64,000 nt of DNA from Acidimicrobiia bacterium (GTDB taxonomy: Bacteria; Actinomycetota; Acidimicrobiia; Spongiisociales; Spongiisociaceae): NCBI GenBank assembly GCA_011523635.1, contig WTGI01000077.1, positions 1,006 to 65,005 on the forward strand, written 5' to 3'. Positions 1 through 8,510 of this stretch are shown in pieces; positions within the stretch are counted from its first letter, which is position 1, and the number at the start of each line of letters is the position of its first letter. The notes under the pieces were generated by a model that searched no databases, had not been told where the DNA came from, and saw nothing but the letters and a program-made list of their open reading frames with translations. Position numbers and translations under genes: made by a program.

Positions 1-272
1 GGACCTGCAGAATACGATTCGACCCGCCGCTGCCGGGGATCCCACGGAGCGTCGCCGCTACTCCTACAGTGGTCAGAGTTACCCCGGAGCACAACAGCAC
101 CGAAGATAGTCCAGGTACCGCAGCGTACGAACAGCCGTGGTAACGTTGCCCAGCATCCTTGAGATGAGCCGCCGTGAGGCAAATACCCTCACCAAGCTGG
201 TCTCGCCACCAAGATTCGTCGTTGGTGGCGTGTATCTTCTGCCACCCAACCGTGTAGGCGCCGGAGACCACA

Positions 273-905
273 ATGGTTACACATGCTCAAGCCCAAGAGA
301 CCGAGCCGCTATTGGGGCGGGGTATCTACGATCTGGCAGAGGCGGCCCGGGTAGTGGGCAGAGACCCGGACACGGTCGCGCGTTGGACCCGGGGCGCCAA
401 TCCCCTACACCATGTGGAGAGTGATCGGATCATCTCCTTCCTCGACCTGATCAGCCTGTGGGTGATATCGGAACTGATCAGGCGCAGAGTTCCCCAAGGG
501 CAGATCCGCGCTGGAGGCGAATATGTCGCCAAACACGTCGGTACGGACTACCCCTTTGCTCACGAACGGCTGGCCACGGTGGGCGCCGCCTTCTTCAGCA
601 AATTCGACGAGTGGGTCGACGTGGGTAGAGGTGGTCAGAGATCCTTCCCAGCAATGATCGGAGAGCTTCTGAGCCCGATCGAGTTCGGACCCGACCTGCA
701 CGCATCCATCTGGCGGCCGGCCAAGGGCGTGTGGCTCAACCCCAACGTCCAGGCCGGAGCTCCCTGCATCGATGGCACCCGGGTTCCCACGAGAGTGATA
801 GCCGACCTCGAAGCTGTGGGCGACCACATCGAGGACATCGCAGACGACCTGAGGCTTAATGTCGCACAGGTACGCGATGCTCTTCAGTATGAACTCGCTG
901 CCTGA
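273..905 (+). CDS. HTH + DUF433-domain protein (putative antitoxin of DUF433/DUF5615 pair)
   Basis: C-terminal ...APCIDGTRVPTRVIADLEAVGDHIEDIADDLRLNVAQVRDAL resembles DUF433. N-terminal segment is HTH-like (DLAEAARVVGRDPDTVARW). Overlaps the downstream DUF5615 gene. Confidence 0.5.
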   Translation: MVTHAQAQETEPLLGRGIYDLAEAARVVGRDPDTVARWTRGANPLHHVESDRIISFLDLISLWVISELIRRRVPQGQIRAGGEYVAKHVGTDYPFAHERLATVGAAFFSKFDEWVDVGRGGQRSFPAMIGELLSPIEFGPDLHASIWRPAKGVWLNPNVQAGAPCIDGTRVPTRVIADLEAVGDHIEDIADDLRLNVAQVRDALQYELAA

Positions 906-1419
906 GAGTCAAGGACATCGGCGTAGACCTCCTCGATGTCGTCTCCTTTTTGATGAGAACCTTCCGTGGAGAGTCGCCAGCGCGCTGTGGGAACTCAAGT
1001 ACCACACCAGCTATGTAGGGAATCAGAGCGACGGTACCCCTGCTCGGGGCTCGTCCGACCAGGCGATCATCAACCATGCCCGAACCATGAACCAGGTGAT
1101 AGTCACGCCGAATTACGACATGATTCTGCTCTGCCTCGAACAGCATCAGTCGGTGATATGGTTGGATCCCCGCGGACCCAACCTCACTTGGGAGGAGATG
1201 GTCGTTCTCGTGTTCCGCGCTGCCCGTGAGTGGGAAGACCTCTTGCAGAGCGCGACCGGACCCGCATGCATCCGTGCCCTGCGAACCAAGAACGAGAGCC
1301 TGTCGGTCGAGCGGGCTAAGCACTTGGTGCGGCAGCGCATGAAACGGATAGCCGCGAGGGAACGAAAGGCGTCCCAGCCAAGACCACTCGGATCCCTGTT
1401 CGATTCCGCGTCCAGTTAG
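889..1419 (+). CDS. DUF5615 (PIN-like) protein, putative toxin partner of the DUF433 protein
   Basis: ...RLLFDENLPWRVASAL... matches the hallmark LLxDENLP N-terminus of DUF5615. In-frame ATGs at 859, 877 and 889, so the start is uncertain. Overlaps the upstream stop at 903-905 (coupling). Confidence 0.5.
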   Translation: MNSLPESQGHRRRPPRCRLLFDENLPWRVASALWELKYHTSYVGNQSDGTPARGSSDQAIINHARTMNQVIVTPNYDMILLCLEQHQSVIWLDPRGPNLTWEEMVVLVFRAAREWEDLLQSATGPACIRALRTKNESLSVERAKHLVRQRMKRIAARERKASQPRPLGSLFDSASS

Positions 1420-1498
1420 GGGGTACCGGCCCCCGCCCTACCTCCTAACTGCCACAGGGGATGCCCTTCTCGACTGAAAGGGATTGATCACTGATCTA

Positions 1499-1527
1499 TT
1501 GACATTGTTTAGCTAATAAGCTAAACT
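1499..1527 (+). promoter_or_regulatory. sigma70-like promoter TTGACA-N17-TAAACT with palindromic TTAGCTAA (1509-1516) in the spacer; upstream of the XRE regulator
   Basis: Read directly: ttgaca(1499-1504), 17 nt, taaact(1522-1527). GAGGAGGGG RBS at 1552-1560 before ATG 1567. Extra 17-nt palindrome gtctggctaagccagag at 1535-1551. Confidence 0.45.
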
Positions 1528-1566
1528 ACCGAAAAGTCTGGCTAAGCCAGAGAGGAGGGGCAGGTT

Positions 1567-1923
1567 ATGGCAGAGCGATTCGGAGATATCCTCAGAAGGA
1601 CCCGGCAACAGGCCAAGAGGACCCTGGGTGATGTCGCGAGGCTGTTGGACGTCTCCGTGGTCTATGTATCGGACGTGGAACGCGGCAACCGCAGGCCCTT
1701 CAGCAACGAGCGTATTCTCAAAATCGCGAGGTTTCTGAAGGCTGATCCAGTACCGCTAATTGCCGCGGCGGATGTCGACAAGGGTGTCATCGAGTACAAG
1801 ATATCCAAGACAAAGCCTCTGGAGGCCAGGGTTGTCGGAGACCTTGTCAGCGGTCTGGCCCGTGGCGGAGTCACGGAAGACCAGTTGGAGAGGATCAGAA
1901 CCATCCTGAAGGACTCCGAGTAG
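1567..1923 (+). CDS. XRE-family HTH transcriptional repressor (CapH-like)
   Basis: HTH_XRE signature LGDVARLLDVSVVYVSDVERGNRRP. 118 aa. Directly followed (11 nt) by the ImmA/IrrE peptidase gene. Confidence 0.75.
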   Translation: MAERFGDILRRTRQQAKRTLGDVARLLDVSVVYVSDVERGNRRPFSNERILKIARFLKADPVPLIAAADVDKGVIEYKISKTKPLEARVVGDLVSGLARGGVTEDQLERIRTILKDSE

Positions 1924-1933
1924 GCGCCCAACG

Positions 1934-2569
1934 ATGTGGCGGGGACTAGTGGGAGCGCGTGCGGACCGCGGTTACAGCTACCGGAATCTGGAGAGGATGG
2001 CCGCCCATGTTCGCGGCCTGCTCGGCTACTCTCCGACCGAGGCGATCGATACGCTGCATCTTTTCGACGGCCTCGACATCGCGGTGGTGGATGAGACCGG
2101 CCGGGACATCCCGATACGCGGCGCCGTGATCGAACTCAACGGCTCCGAAGGGTATGCGAAGTACGACAGCAACCGCTGCGTCATCGAAATCCTGGCGTCG
2201 CCCGCTACCTACGACTGGTTGGAGAAGGGTCACCCGCGCGGCGGTTTCTTCGTTGCCCACGAGTTGGGCCACTGCCTGCTACATACCGACCAACTCGTGC
2301 GCCTGGCCCAGATGCCCAAGGCGGAGCAGGCCGCCCACCACCGAAGTGGGGAGGAGGTCGGGCACGAAGCCTACGAGGACACCGAGTGGCAGGCTAACGC
2401 CTTCGCCAGCGCCCTGCTGATGCCCGCCCAGGGACTCCAGATCCTCGGGCAGGAACACGGTGAACTCTCACCGGACATCATCGTCGAGCACTTTCACGTC
2501 TCTGCCGAAGCTGCGCGCTACCGGCTCCAACTGTACAACGACAGGAAGACGGAGTTGCTCCAGCGCTAG
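1934..2569 (+). CDS. ImmA/IrrE-family zinc metallopeptidase (DUF955, CapP-like)
   Basis: HEXXH motif in FFVAHELGHCLLH, plus conserved downstream E...ANAFASALLMP typical of ImmA/IrrE. Confidence 0.75.
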   Translation: MWRGLVGARADRGYSYRNLERMAAHVRGLLGYSPTEAIDTLHLFDGLDIAVVDETGRDIPIRGAVIELNGSEGYAKYDSNRCVIEILASPATYDWLEKGHPRGGFFVAHELGHCLLHTDQLVRLAQMPKAEQAAHHRSGEEVGHEAYEDTEWQANAFASALLMPAQGLQILGQEHGELSPDIIVEHFHVSAEAARYRLQLYNDRKTELLQR

Positions 2570-2883
2570 CCTCCAGGACGGCCATGAGACCCGCCCCACC
2601 TGCCGCCATCCCAGTCCGAGCCAGCGGGGTGTCACCGTTCCATGGCGTGACGTTACGACGTGACCTAGGCTCCGGAAGAGTTGCATCTGCTTCGACCGGC
2701 TCTTCGTCCCGCGGGACTACGGGGCGGAGGGAACACCTCGCACCGGTCGGCTAACGCCCCTTCCCCTCTCTGTCCCGTCCTCTCGTTGTCACTGAGGTCG
2801 TCCCGGAACCCTCGAAAGCGCGGCGGGTCGACCGACGCGCCATGCGGGAGGAATTGGTTTCAGGGGATACTCCGCGCAGGTCC

Positions 2884-2912
2884 TTGACAGTGTTAAGCGC
2901 ATTAGCTAACTT
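2884..2912 (+). promoter_or_regulatory. sigma70-like promoter TTGACA-N17-TAACTT with the same TTAGCTAA palindrome (2902-2909); upstream of the Ubl operon
   Basis: ttgaca(2884-2889), 17 nt, taactt(2907-2912). GCTAACT direct repeat. Hairpin cccctcggctgagggg at 2923-2938. AAGGAGG RBS before ATG 2988. Confidence 0.45.
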
Positions 2913-2987
2913 GCTAACTAACTCCCCTCGGCTGAGGGGTCGTCGGACCGAAAACAAGACCCCCGTTTCAGCGAAGGAGGCTGAATC

Positions 2988-3269
2988 ATGGTACCAGACA
3001 ACAAGCCGCAGACCATTGACGTGGAGGACCACAAGACGGTCACCATCGTCGTGGAAGGCATCCCCCACCAGTGGCCCGAGGAGTACATCACCTATGCGCA
3101 GGTGGTCACCCTCGAAGTGCCTGACTACGCCCAGCACCCGGAGATCACCTACACGGTGATCTACAAGGGAGGCCCCCGCAACAAGCCCGAAGGCACCCTC
3201 TCCAAGGGTGGCACCGTCAAGGTCGTCGAAGGAATGGTCTTCAATGTTTCAGAAACTGGCCAGTCATAA
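2988..3269 (+). CDS. multiubiquitin-domain (beta-grasp Ubl) protein
   Basis: 93 aa. ...ITYTVIYKGGPRNKPEGTLSKGGTVKVVEGMVFNVSETGQS resembles the multiubiquitin family seen in prokaryotic E1/E2 operons. Confidence 0.6.
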   Translation: MVPDNKPQTIDVEDHKTVTIVVEGIPHQWPEEYITYAQVVTLEVPDYAQHPEITYTVIYKGGPRNKPEGTLSKGGTVKVVEGMVFNVSETGQS

Positions 3270-4437
3270 TCACGACCTCCGGCGTCTGCTCGAAAAGGGC
3301 TATGCGATAGCCGTCGATAGCAATCACCTCGTCGTCCGCGACATTCCGTATCTGGACGGCGAGGGTGGCCTGCAGACGGGCGCCATCGTCGCCAAGCTGG
3401 AGTTCATCGACCAGGAGCGAGTCACCCCGACGGACCACCAAGTGTACTTCGCCGGGTCGGTACCCCACGGGTTGGGCGGAAGTCCGATCCCGAACCTGGG
3501 CGGAGGACCCACGACCATCGCCCTGAGCGAGGCCTGTAGCGATGTGGTGGTCCAGCGGTCATTCTCCAACAAGCCCAGAGCCACGGGGAAGTTCGAGGAC
3601 TTCTTCCACAAGATCGAGAGCTACGTCGCAATCATTTCAGGGCCGGCGATGGAAGCCCACAGGGCCACCCCCTACACGTTCCGGTCCGTGGACGAGGCCC
3701 CGACCGATTCGGTGTTTAAGTTCCACGACACCCTGACCACCCGGGCGGAGATCTCGGACCTGGCCGCGAAGTTCAAGGACGATGTGGTCGCCATCATTGG
3801 CCTGGGCGGTACAGGCTCGTACCTCCTGGACTTCCTGGCAAAGACGCCCGTCCGGGAGATTCGGGCGTTCGACCTGGACCCCTACCACGTACACAACGCC
3901 TTCCGGTCCCCCGGCCGGCTGGGGAAAAGTGAGTTGGGGAAGTCAAAGGCGGAGGTTTACGGCGGCCGCTACGAGAACTTCCGCACGGGCCTGTCTGTGA
4001 CCCCCGTGTTCATCGACGCGTCCTGCCGCGACGAGGTGGACGGGGTCACCTTCGCATTCGTCTGTGTCGATAAGGGTCCGTCCAGAGCGGGCATCTTCGA
4101 CCTGCTCATCTCCATGGGCATCCCCTTCATCGACGTGGGTATGGGACTGAACCGGAAGAGGGGCCCCATCAGCGGCCTGCTGCGCACCACCTACTACTCG
4201 GCGGAGCACGGGCAAGAGGTCAGGGAGAGAGACCTGGCCCCGCTAACCGATGACCCGGATGACATCTACCGGACGAACATCCAGATCAGCGAACTGAACG
4301 CCCTCAACGCATGTCTGGCGGTCGTCAGGTTCAAGCAACTCAGGGGCTTCTACTTCGAGGACGTTCCCTACCACCACCTGGTCATGGACATAGGCGACCT
4401 CAGGATGGTCGGCGAGTGTGACCTTGGCGAAGATTAG
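3244..4437 (+). CDS. E1-like ThiF/MoeB adenylyltransferase fused to an N-terminal ~190-aa domain (possibly E2-like)
   Basis: Rossmann nucleotide-binding motif VVAIIGLGGTGSYLLDFL and ThiF-like FVCVDKGPSRAGIFDLLISMGIPFIDVGMG. ATG 3244 overlaps the Mub stop by 26 nt; the ORF could also start at GTG 3208. Confidence 0.65.
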   Translation: MFQKLASHNHDLRRLLEKGYAIAVDSNHLVVRDIPYLDGEGGLQTGAIVAKLEFIDQERVTPTDHQVYFAGSVPHGLGGSPIPNLGGGPTTIALSEACSDVVVQRSFSNKPRATGKFEDFFHKIESYVAIISGPAMEAHRATPYTFRSVDEAPTDSVFKFHDTLTTRAEISDLAAKFKDDVVAIIGLGGTGSYLLDFLAKTPVREIRAFDLDPYHVHNAFRSPGRLGKSELGKSKAEVYGGRYENFRTGLSVTPVFIDASCRDEVDGVTFAFVCVDKGPSRAGIFDLLISMGIPFIDVGMGLNRKRGPISGLLRTTYYSAEHGQEVRERDLAPLTDDPDDIYRTNIQISELNALNACLAVVRFKQLRGFYFEDVPYHHLVMDIGDLRMVGECDLGED

Positions 4438-4828
4438 GCTGGAACGAGTCCACTACATGCCGCAGGAGCTAAGTCCCGGGGTGCTCTACGTCTCCGAGGA
4501 GTTCGGCACCGCGGCACACCTGTGCGCCTGCGGATGCGGCACAAAGGTCAGGACGCCCCTTGGTCCCACCGAGTGGTTCCTGGAGGAGACCGATGATGGG
4601 CCGACGCTTTGCCCATCGATCGGCAACTGGCAGCAAGCCTGCCAATCGCACTATCTGATCACAAGTGGTGAGGTGGTCTGGGCCAAGGGGTGGACCGCCG
4701 AAGAGATCGCCGACGGTCGGCGCCGTGAAGAGGCGCGCCGGCGTAAGCACTATGAAGCCCTCGACCGCAAGCACCGGAGCGTCCTGCGCAGGCTGTGGCG
4801 GTGGATCAGCAGCCTGTTCAAACGCTAG
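4418..4828 (+). CDS. DUF6527-like Cys-rich small protein (accessory of the Ubl operon)
   Basis: HLCACGCGTKV...C(x9)C cluster. Start is GTG 4418 (alternative ATG 4457). Overlaps the E1 stop by 20 nt. Confidence 0.5.
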   Translation: MTLAKIRLERVHYMPQELSPGVLYVSEEFGTAAHLCACGCGTKVRTPLGPTEWFLEETDDGPTLCPSIGNWQQACQSHYLITSGEVVWAKGWTAEEIADGRRREEARRRKHYEALDRKHRSVLRRLWRWISSLFKR

Positions 4829-5099
4829 AGCCCAGTAACCGGTTCGGAACAGGGCACGAGGGAGACCGAACCTGACAGATGAGCTACCGGGTACGGGAAG
4901 TGCAGTACGCACTGTCGCCCAAGGTCCTGCGGAGCATGCTCAAGCCCACGCCGGAACCCGCCCTACGAGCGCCTTGCTGCCACTACACCACCACCCTGCA
5001 GCACGGTAACGCACCTCGCCTTGGATGTGCCAGGCCCGGACGCCTCAACTGAATTGCAAATCACGTTCAGGCCATCAGCTACGCAGTGATGGTCGCCGC

Positions 5100-8000
5100 T
5101 CAGGTAGCGGCTAGGTCACGGATTTGTTGGACGATCCTGAAGAACTCGTCGAGGTCGGGCTTGGCGAAGATGGTTTCGGGGCCCTCGGGCGCGACGCTGG
5201 TGAATGGGGACTCGTAGATACGGCCGGGTTGGATGGTGCCGTGTTCGGTGAGGTAGTCGATGACCAGGCTGACGAAGTTGATTTGGTTGACGCTGTAGCG
5301 CTTGTCGTTGAGGAATCTGGCAAACACCCGTTTGGCGGCGGTGCGGTCGAGGCCGACAAGGGAGCGGACGAAGAGTCCGAAGCTGCCGGCACGCATGGTG
5401 GCTTCGGCGAAGGTGTCCGTATCGCCGATGCCAGCCGCGACAAGCACCCGCTGAAGGTCCTGCATGTCGGCTGCTGTGATCGGATGACCGTTGCGGACCT
5501 TGGCGACGATGTCATTGGCGAAGTGGTCTTTGAGGAATCGCTCGGCCTTTTTCTTGAATTGCTCGAAGTCGTGGCTACCAACGCTTCCGCCGATGCCTGG
5601 GAGTTCGATCTCGGTGCCTTCGCCCATCGAGTCTGTGAAATCCGAGTACAGGGGCGTCTTGTGGACGGTTTCGACAAGCTGGACAAGGTTCCGTAGGCGC
5701 TTGCGGGCATCTTCGAGCATGGGATACGTGACGTCGATCCACCACTCGTCGGTTTGGATGTCGATGATCAGTTCTAGCTGCGTGGCGACGGCGGGGATTG
5801 CCGTTCCAAGGTCTTCGAGCGCTGATGCCATGTTGATGATGCGCTTACGTTGTCGCTCGAACGGTTCGTGGCGAAGCAGGCCTAGCTGAGCATTGAGCAT
5901 GAGGACGTCGAAGCGCTTGGCCTCCTCGTTGTCGGGGTCGAGTTGATCGGGGAGCTTCGCAATCCGGTTGTTGAGATCTGCCAGGTCTTGCAGGGTGAGC
6001 GTGTCCCATGCCTCTTGGGTACGGAACCGCTCGACCAGTTCGAGATGGGGACGCACGAGAAAGTTGTACTCGTTCATCGATGCCACAGTCTCACGCAGCG
6101 TGGTGGCGATGTCGGATCGATCGTCGGCGAGAGCCTCGATGCCATCCAGGGCTTGCAGGAGTTCGACGCGGGCAGTGAACAGGATCTCGCTCAGCGGGGC
6201 CGCGCTCTTTGGATCTGCCACAGGGAGCGGCTGGCTGAAGTACTCAAGGTTGCTGCAGAAGTCGAACACGTTGAATGATGTCTTGTCGTCGCCTGGGCCG
6301 AACAGGTCCTTGCAGAGGCGGGTACCACGGCCGAGCATCTGCCAGAACTTGGTCTTGGACCTGACCATCTTGAAGAAGACAAGGTTGACGACCTCGGGTA
6401 CGTCGATGCCGGTATCGAGCATGTCAACGCTGATCGCGATGTGTGGTGCCTTGTCTCTGTTGGAGAAGTCGTCGATCAGGCTCTGTGCGTAGTTGACCTG
6501 GTGGGTGATCACCCGGGCGAAGTTGCCAGCGTCGAGCGCCGGGTAGTTGATGTCGAAACGTTCCTTGATGTAGTCGGCGTGGCGCTGGTTCTTGGCGAAG
6601 ATAATTGTCTTCCCCAGCCGGTCACCACCTGCCACCGTCACGCCTTCGGTCATGAGGTATTTCAGAACCTGGTCGACGGTGTCCTCGTTGAATAGCCACT
6701 TGTTGAGCTCGGCGGCGTTGACCTCATCTGGCGGCTCGATCGGGATGCCGTCATCATCCACGCCCCACTCGAGCTCGTCCCACTCGGCTTTCTCGTCTTC
6801 GGACAGGTCGCCGTAGCGGATGCCCTCGCGCACGAACTTCAGCGGTACCGATACTCCTCGGGGTGGGACAAGGTACCCGTCCCGGATCGCATCATCGAGC
6901 GAGTAGGCGTCGGTTGGTACTCCTGTCTCCAGATCAAACAGGTCATAGGTGTTCTTGTCGACCTCGTCCTTAGGGGTGGCAGTCAGTCCCACCAACAGCG
7001 AGTCGAAGTAGTCGAAGATGCCCCGGTACTTTCGATATACCGACCGGTGCGCTTCGTCGATCACCACCAGATCGAAATGCCCGACACCGAACCGGCGGGT
7101 GCCGTCAGACCGGTACTCATCGATCTTGCCGACCATCGTCTGGTACGTAGACACGTACACCCGTCCGTCTTCGGCGCCTTCACTGACCAGGTTCACGGGC
7201 GCCGAGTCCGGCAAGTGGGTCTTGAACGCGTTGACCGCCTGATTCACCAACGCAGTGCGATCCGCCAAGAACAGCACACGCTTCACCCAACCAGCCCGCA
7301 TCAACAGATCCACAAGGGCAATCACAGTGCGGGTCTTACCAGCGCCTGTGGCCATCACCACCAGTGCCTTACGCTGCTTGTCAACCTCGAAGTGCTCGGC
7401 AACCGCCTGGATCGCTCGCTGTTGATAGTGGCGGTCTACGATCCCCTCGCTGACATCCAAAGATGACAGTGACAACTGGCTATTCCGTCGCTGGATCAGC
7501 AGCGCCAACTCGTCGGCCGTGCAGTAGCCCTGCACCCTTCGAGCCGGATACCTCGTGTCGTCCCACAGCCAATGCTCATACCCGTTGCTGTAGAAAACGA
7601 CCGGGCGCTGTCCCGTCTCAGCCTCTAGGCAATTCGCGTACAGTTTGGCTTGCTGTTGGCCAGCCTGAGGGGCGACCGAAGTCTTCTTCGCCTCCACCAC
7701 GGCCAATGGCAACCCATCGTCGCCCCACAGCACATAGTCGACGTAGCCAACCCCCGAGACCGAAGGCATCCCCCGTACCTCGTATTCGATCTCGCATCCG
7801 TCATCAGGGTCGGCCCAGCCCGCCTCGCCTAGCAGAGCGTCTATCTTGTACCGGCGCGTTTCTGCCTCGGACCAGTCGTGCGCCCCGATCGGAATGGACT
7901 CGGCTGCCTTCTTCGCCGCCGCTACCTCAGCCCTCAACTCCCCTAACTGTGCAGCGAGCCCTTCGGCCGTTTGGTGAGGCTCCGCCAACCCATGACGGGC

Positions 8001-8510
8001 CCGCAAGCCGTTCGCGACATCCCGTCCCAGACGTTCCTCAAGATCTTGACGGGCCTTCAGTGAAGGCTTCGCTTGCCCGCCATCGCCTCGGAGAAGGCCC
8101 GGGTCGAAATGCGCCAGAGGATCGGGTTTTGTTGATCGGCCATAGGTGAAGGCCAACCACAGACAGAACTGGAACAACGCAGACACCACCTCCACAGCGT
8201 CCAGCCTCGACGGCGGCCTCGCCTTCTGCACCGCACGATCACCCGCGCGCTGAATCTTCCGAGCCCAACCGAAGACCCGACCACCGGCTAACGCCTTGAA
8301 TGCAGGTTCATTGATGCAGGCATCCAGATGATCCTCATACGGATCCGGAAGCCCACGGTCATACCGGTACATCCACCTGACACCCGACTCCAAACACTTC
8401 CTCGCATAGACCACCGCCGAGCCTGGATCCGACAACACGAGACGCTCTGCCCAACACGCCAGCCCAAACTCGACCGAGAAGTCCTCTTCGAGGAACGAGA
8501 ACTGGCTCAC
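5100..8510 (-). CDS. hsdR: Type I restriction enzyme R subunit
   Basis: SF2 helicase motifs VVMATGAGKT and DEAH-box (VVIDEAHRS). 1136 aa. 4-nt overlap with hsdS. Confidence 0.9.
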   Translation of the reverse strand: MSQFSFLEEDFSVEFGLACWAERLVLSDPGSAVVYARKCLESGVRWMYRYDRGLPDPYEDHLDACINEPAFKALAGGRVFGWARKIQRAGDRAVQKARPPSRLDAVEVVSALFQFCLWLAFTYGRSTKPDPLAHFDPGLLRGDGGQAKPSLKARQDLEERLGRDVANGLRARHGLAEPHQTAEGLAAQLGELRAEVAAAKKAAESIPIGAHDWSEAETRRYKIDALLGEAGWADPDDGCEIEYEVRGMPSVSGVGYVDYVLWGDDGLPLAVVEAKKTSVAPQAGQQQAKLYANCLEAETGQRPVVFYSNGYEHWLWDDTRYPARRVQGYCTADELALLIQRRNSQLSLSSLDVSEGIVDRHYQQRAIQAVAEHFEVDKQRKALVVMATGAGKTRTVIALVDLLMRAGWVKRVLFLADRTALVNQAVNAFKTHLPDSAPVNLVSEGAEDGRVYVSTYQTMVGKIDEYRSDGTRRFGVGHFDLVVIDEAHRSVYRKYRGIFDYFDSLLVGLTATPKDEVDKNTYDLFDLETGVPTDAYSLDDAIRDGYLVPPRGVSVPLKFVREGIRYGDLSEDEKAEWDELEWGVDDDGIPIEPPDEVNAAELNKWLFNEDTVDQVLKYLMTEGVTVAGGDRLGKTIIFAKNQRHADYIKERFDINYPALDAGNFARVITHQVNYAQSLIDDFSNRDKAPHIAISVDMLDTGIDVPEVVNLVFFKMVRSKTKFWQMLGRGTRLCKDLFGPGDDKTSFNVFDFCSNLEYFSQPLPVADPKSAAPLSEILFTARVELLQALDGIEALADDRSDIATTLRETVASMNEYNFLVRPHLELVERFRTQEAWDTLTLQDLADLNNRIAKLPDQLDPDNEEAKRFDVLMLNAQLGLLRHEPFERQRKRIINMASALEDLGTAIPAVATQLELIIDIQTDEWWIDVTYPMLEDARKRLRNLVQLVETVHKTPLYSDFTDSMGEGTEIELPGIGGSVGSHDFEQFKKKAERFLKDHFANDIVAKVRNGHPITAADMQDLQRVLVAAGIGDTDTFAEATMRAGSFGLFVRSLVGLDRTAAKRVFARFLNDKRYSVNQINFVSLVIDYLTEHGTIQPGRIYESPFTSVAPEGPETIFAKPDLDEFFRIVQQIRDLAAT

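Noticed and set aside
1-272. Partial ORFs at the window start (79-273 minus, 137-424 plus)
   Set aside because: Short, overlapping, no domain signal. Cannot be supported from this window alone.
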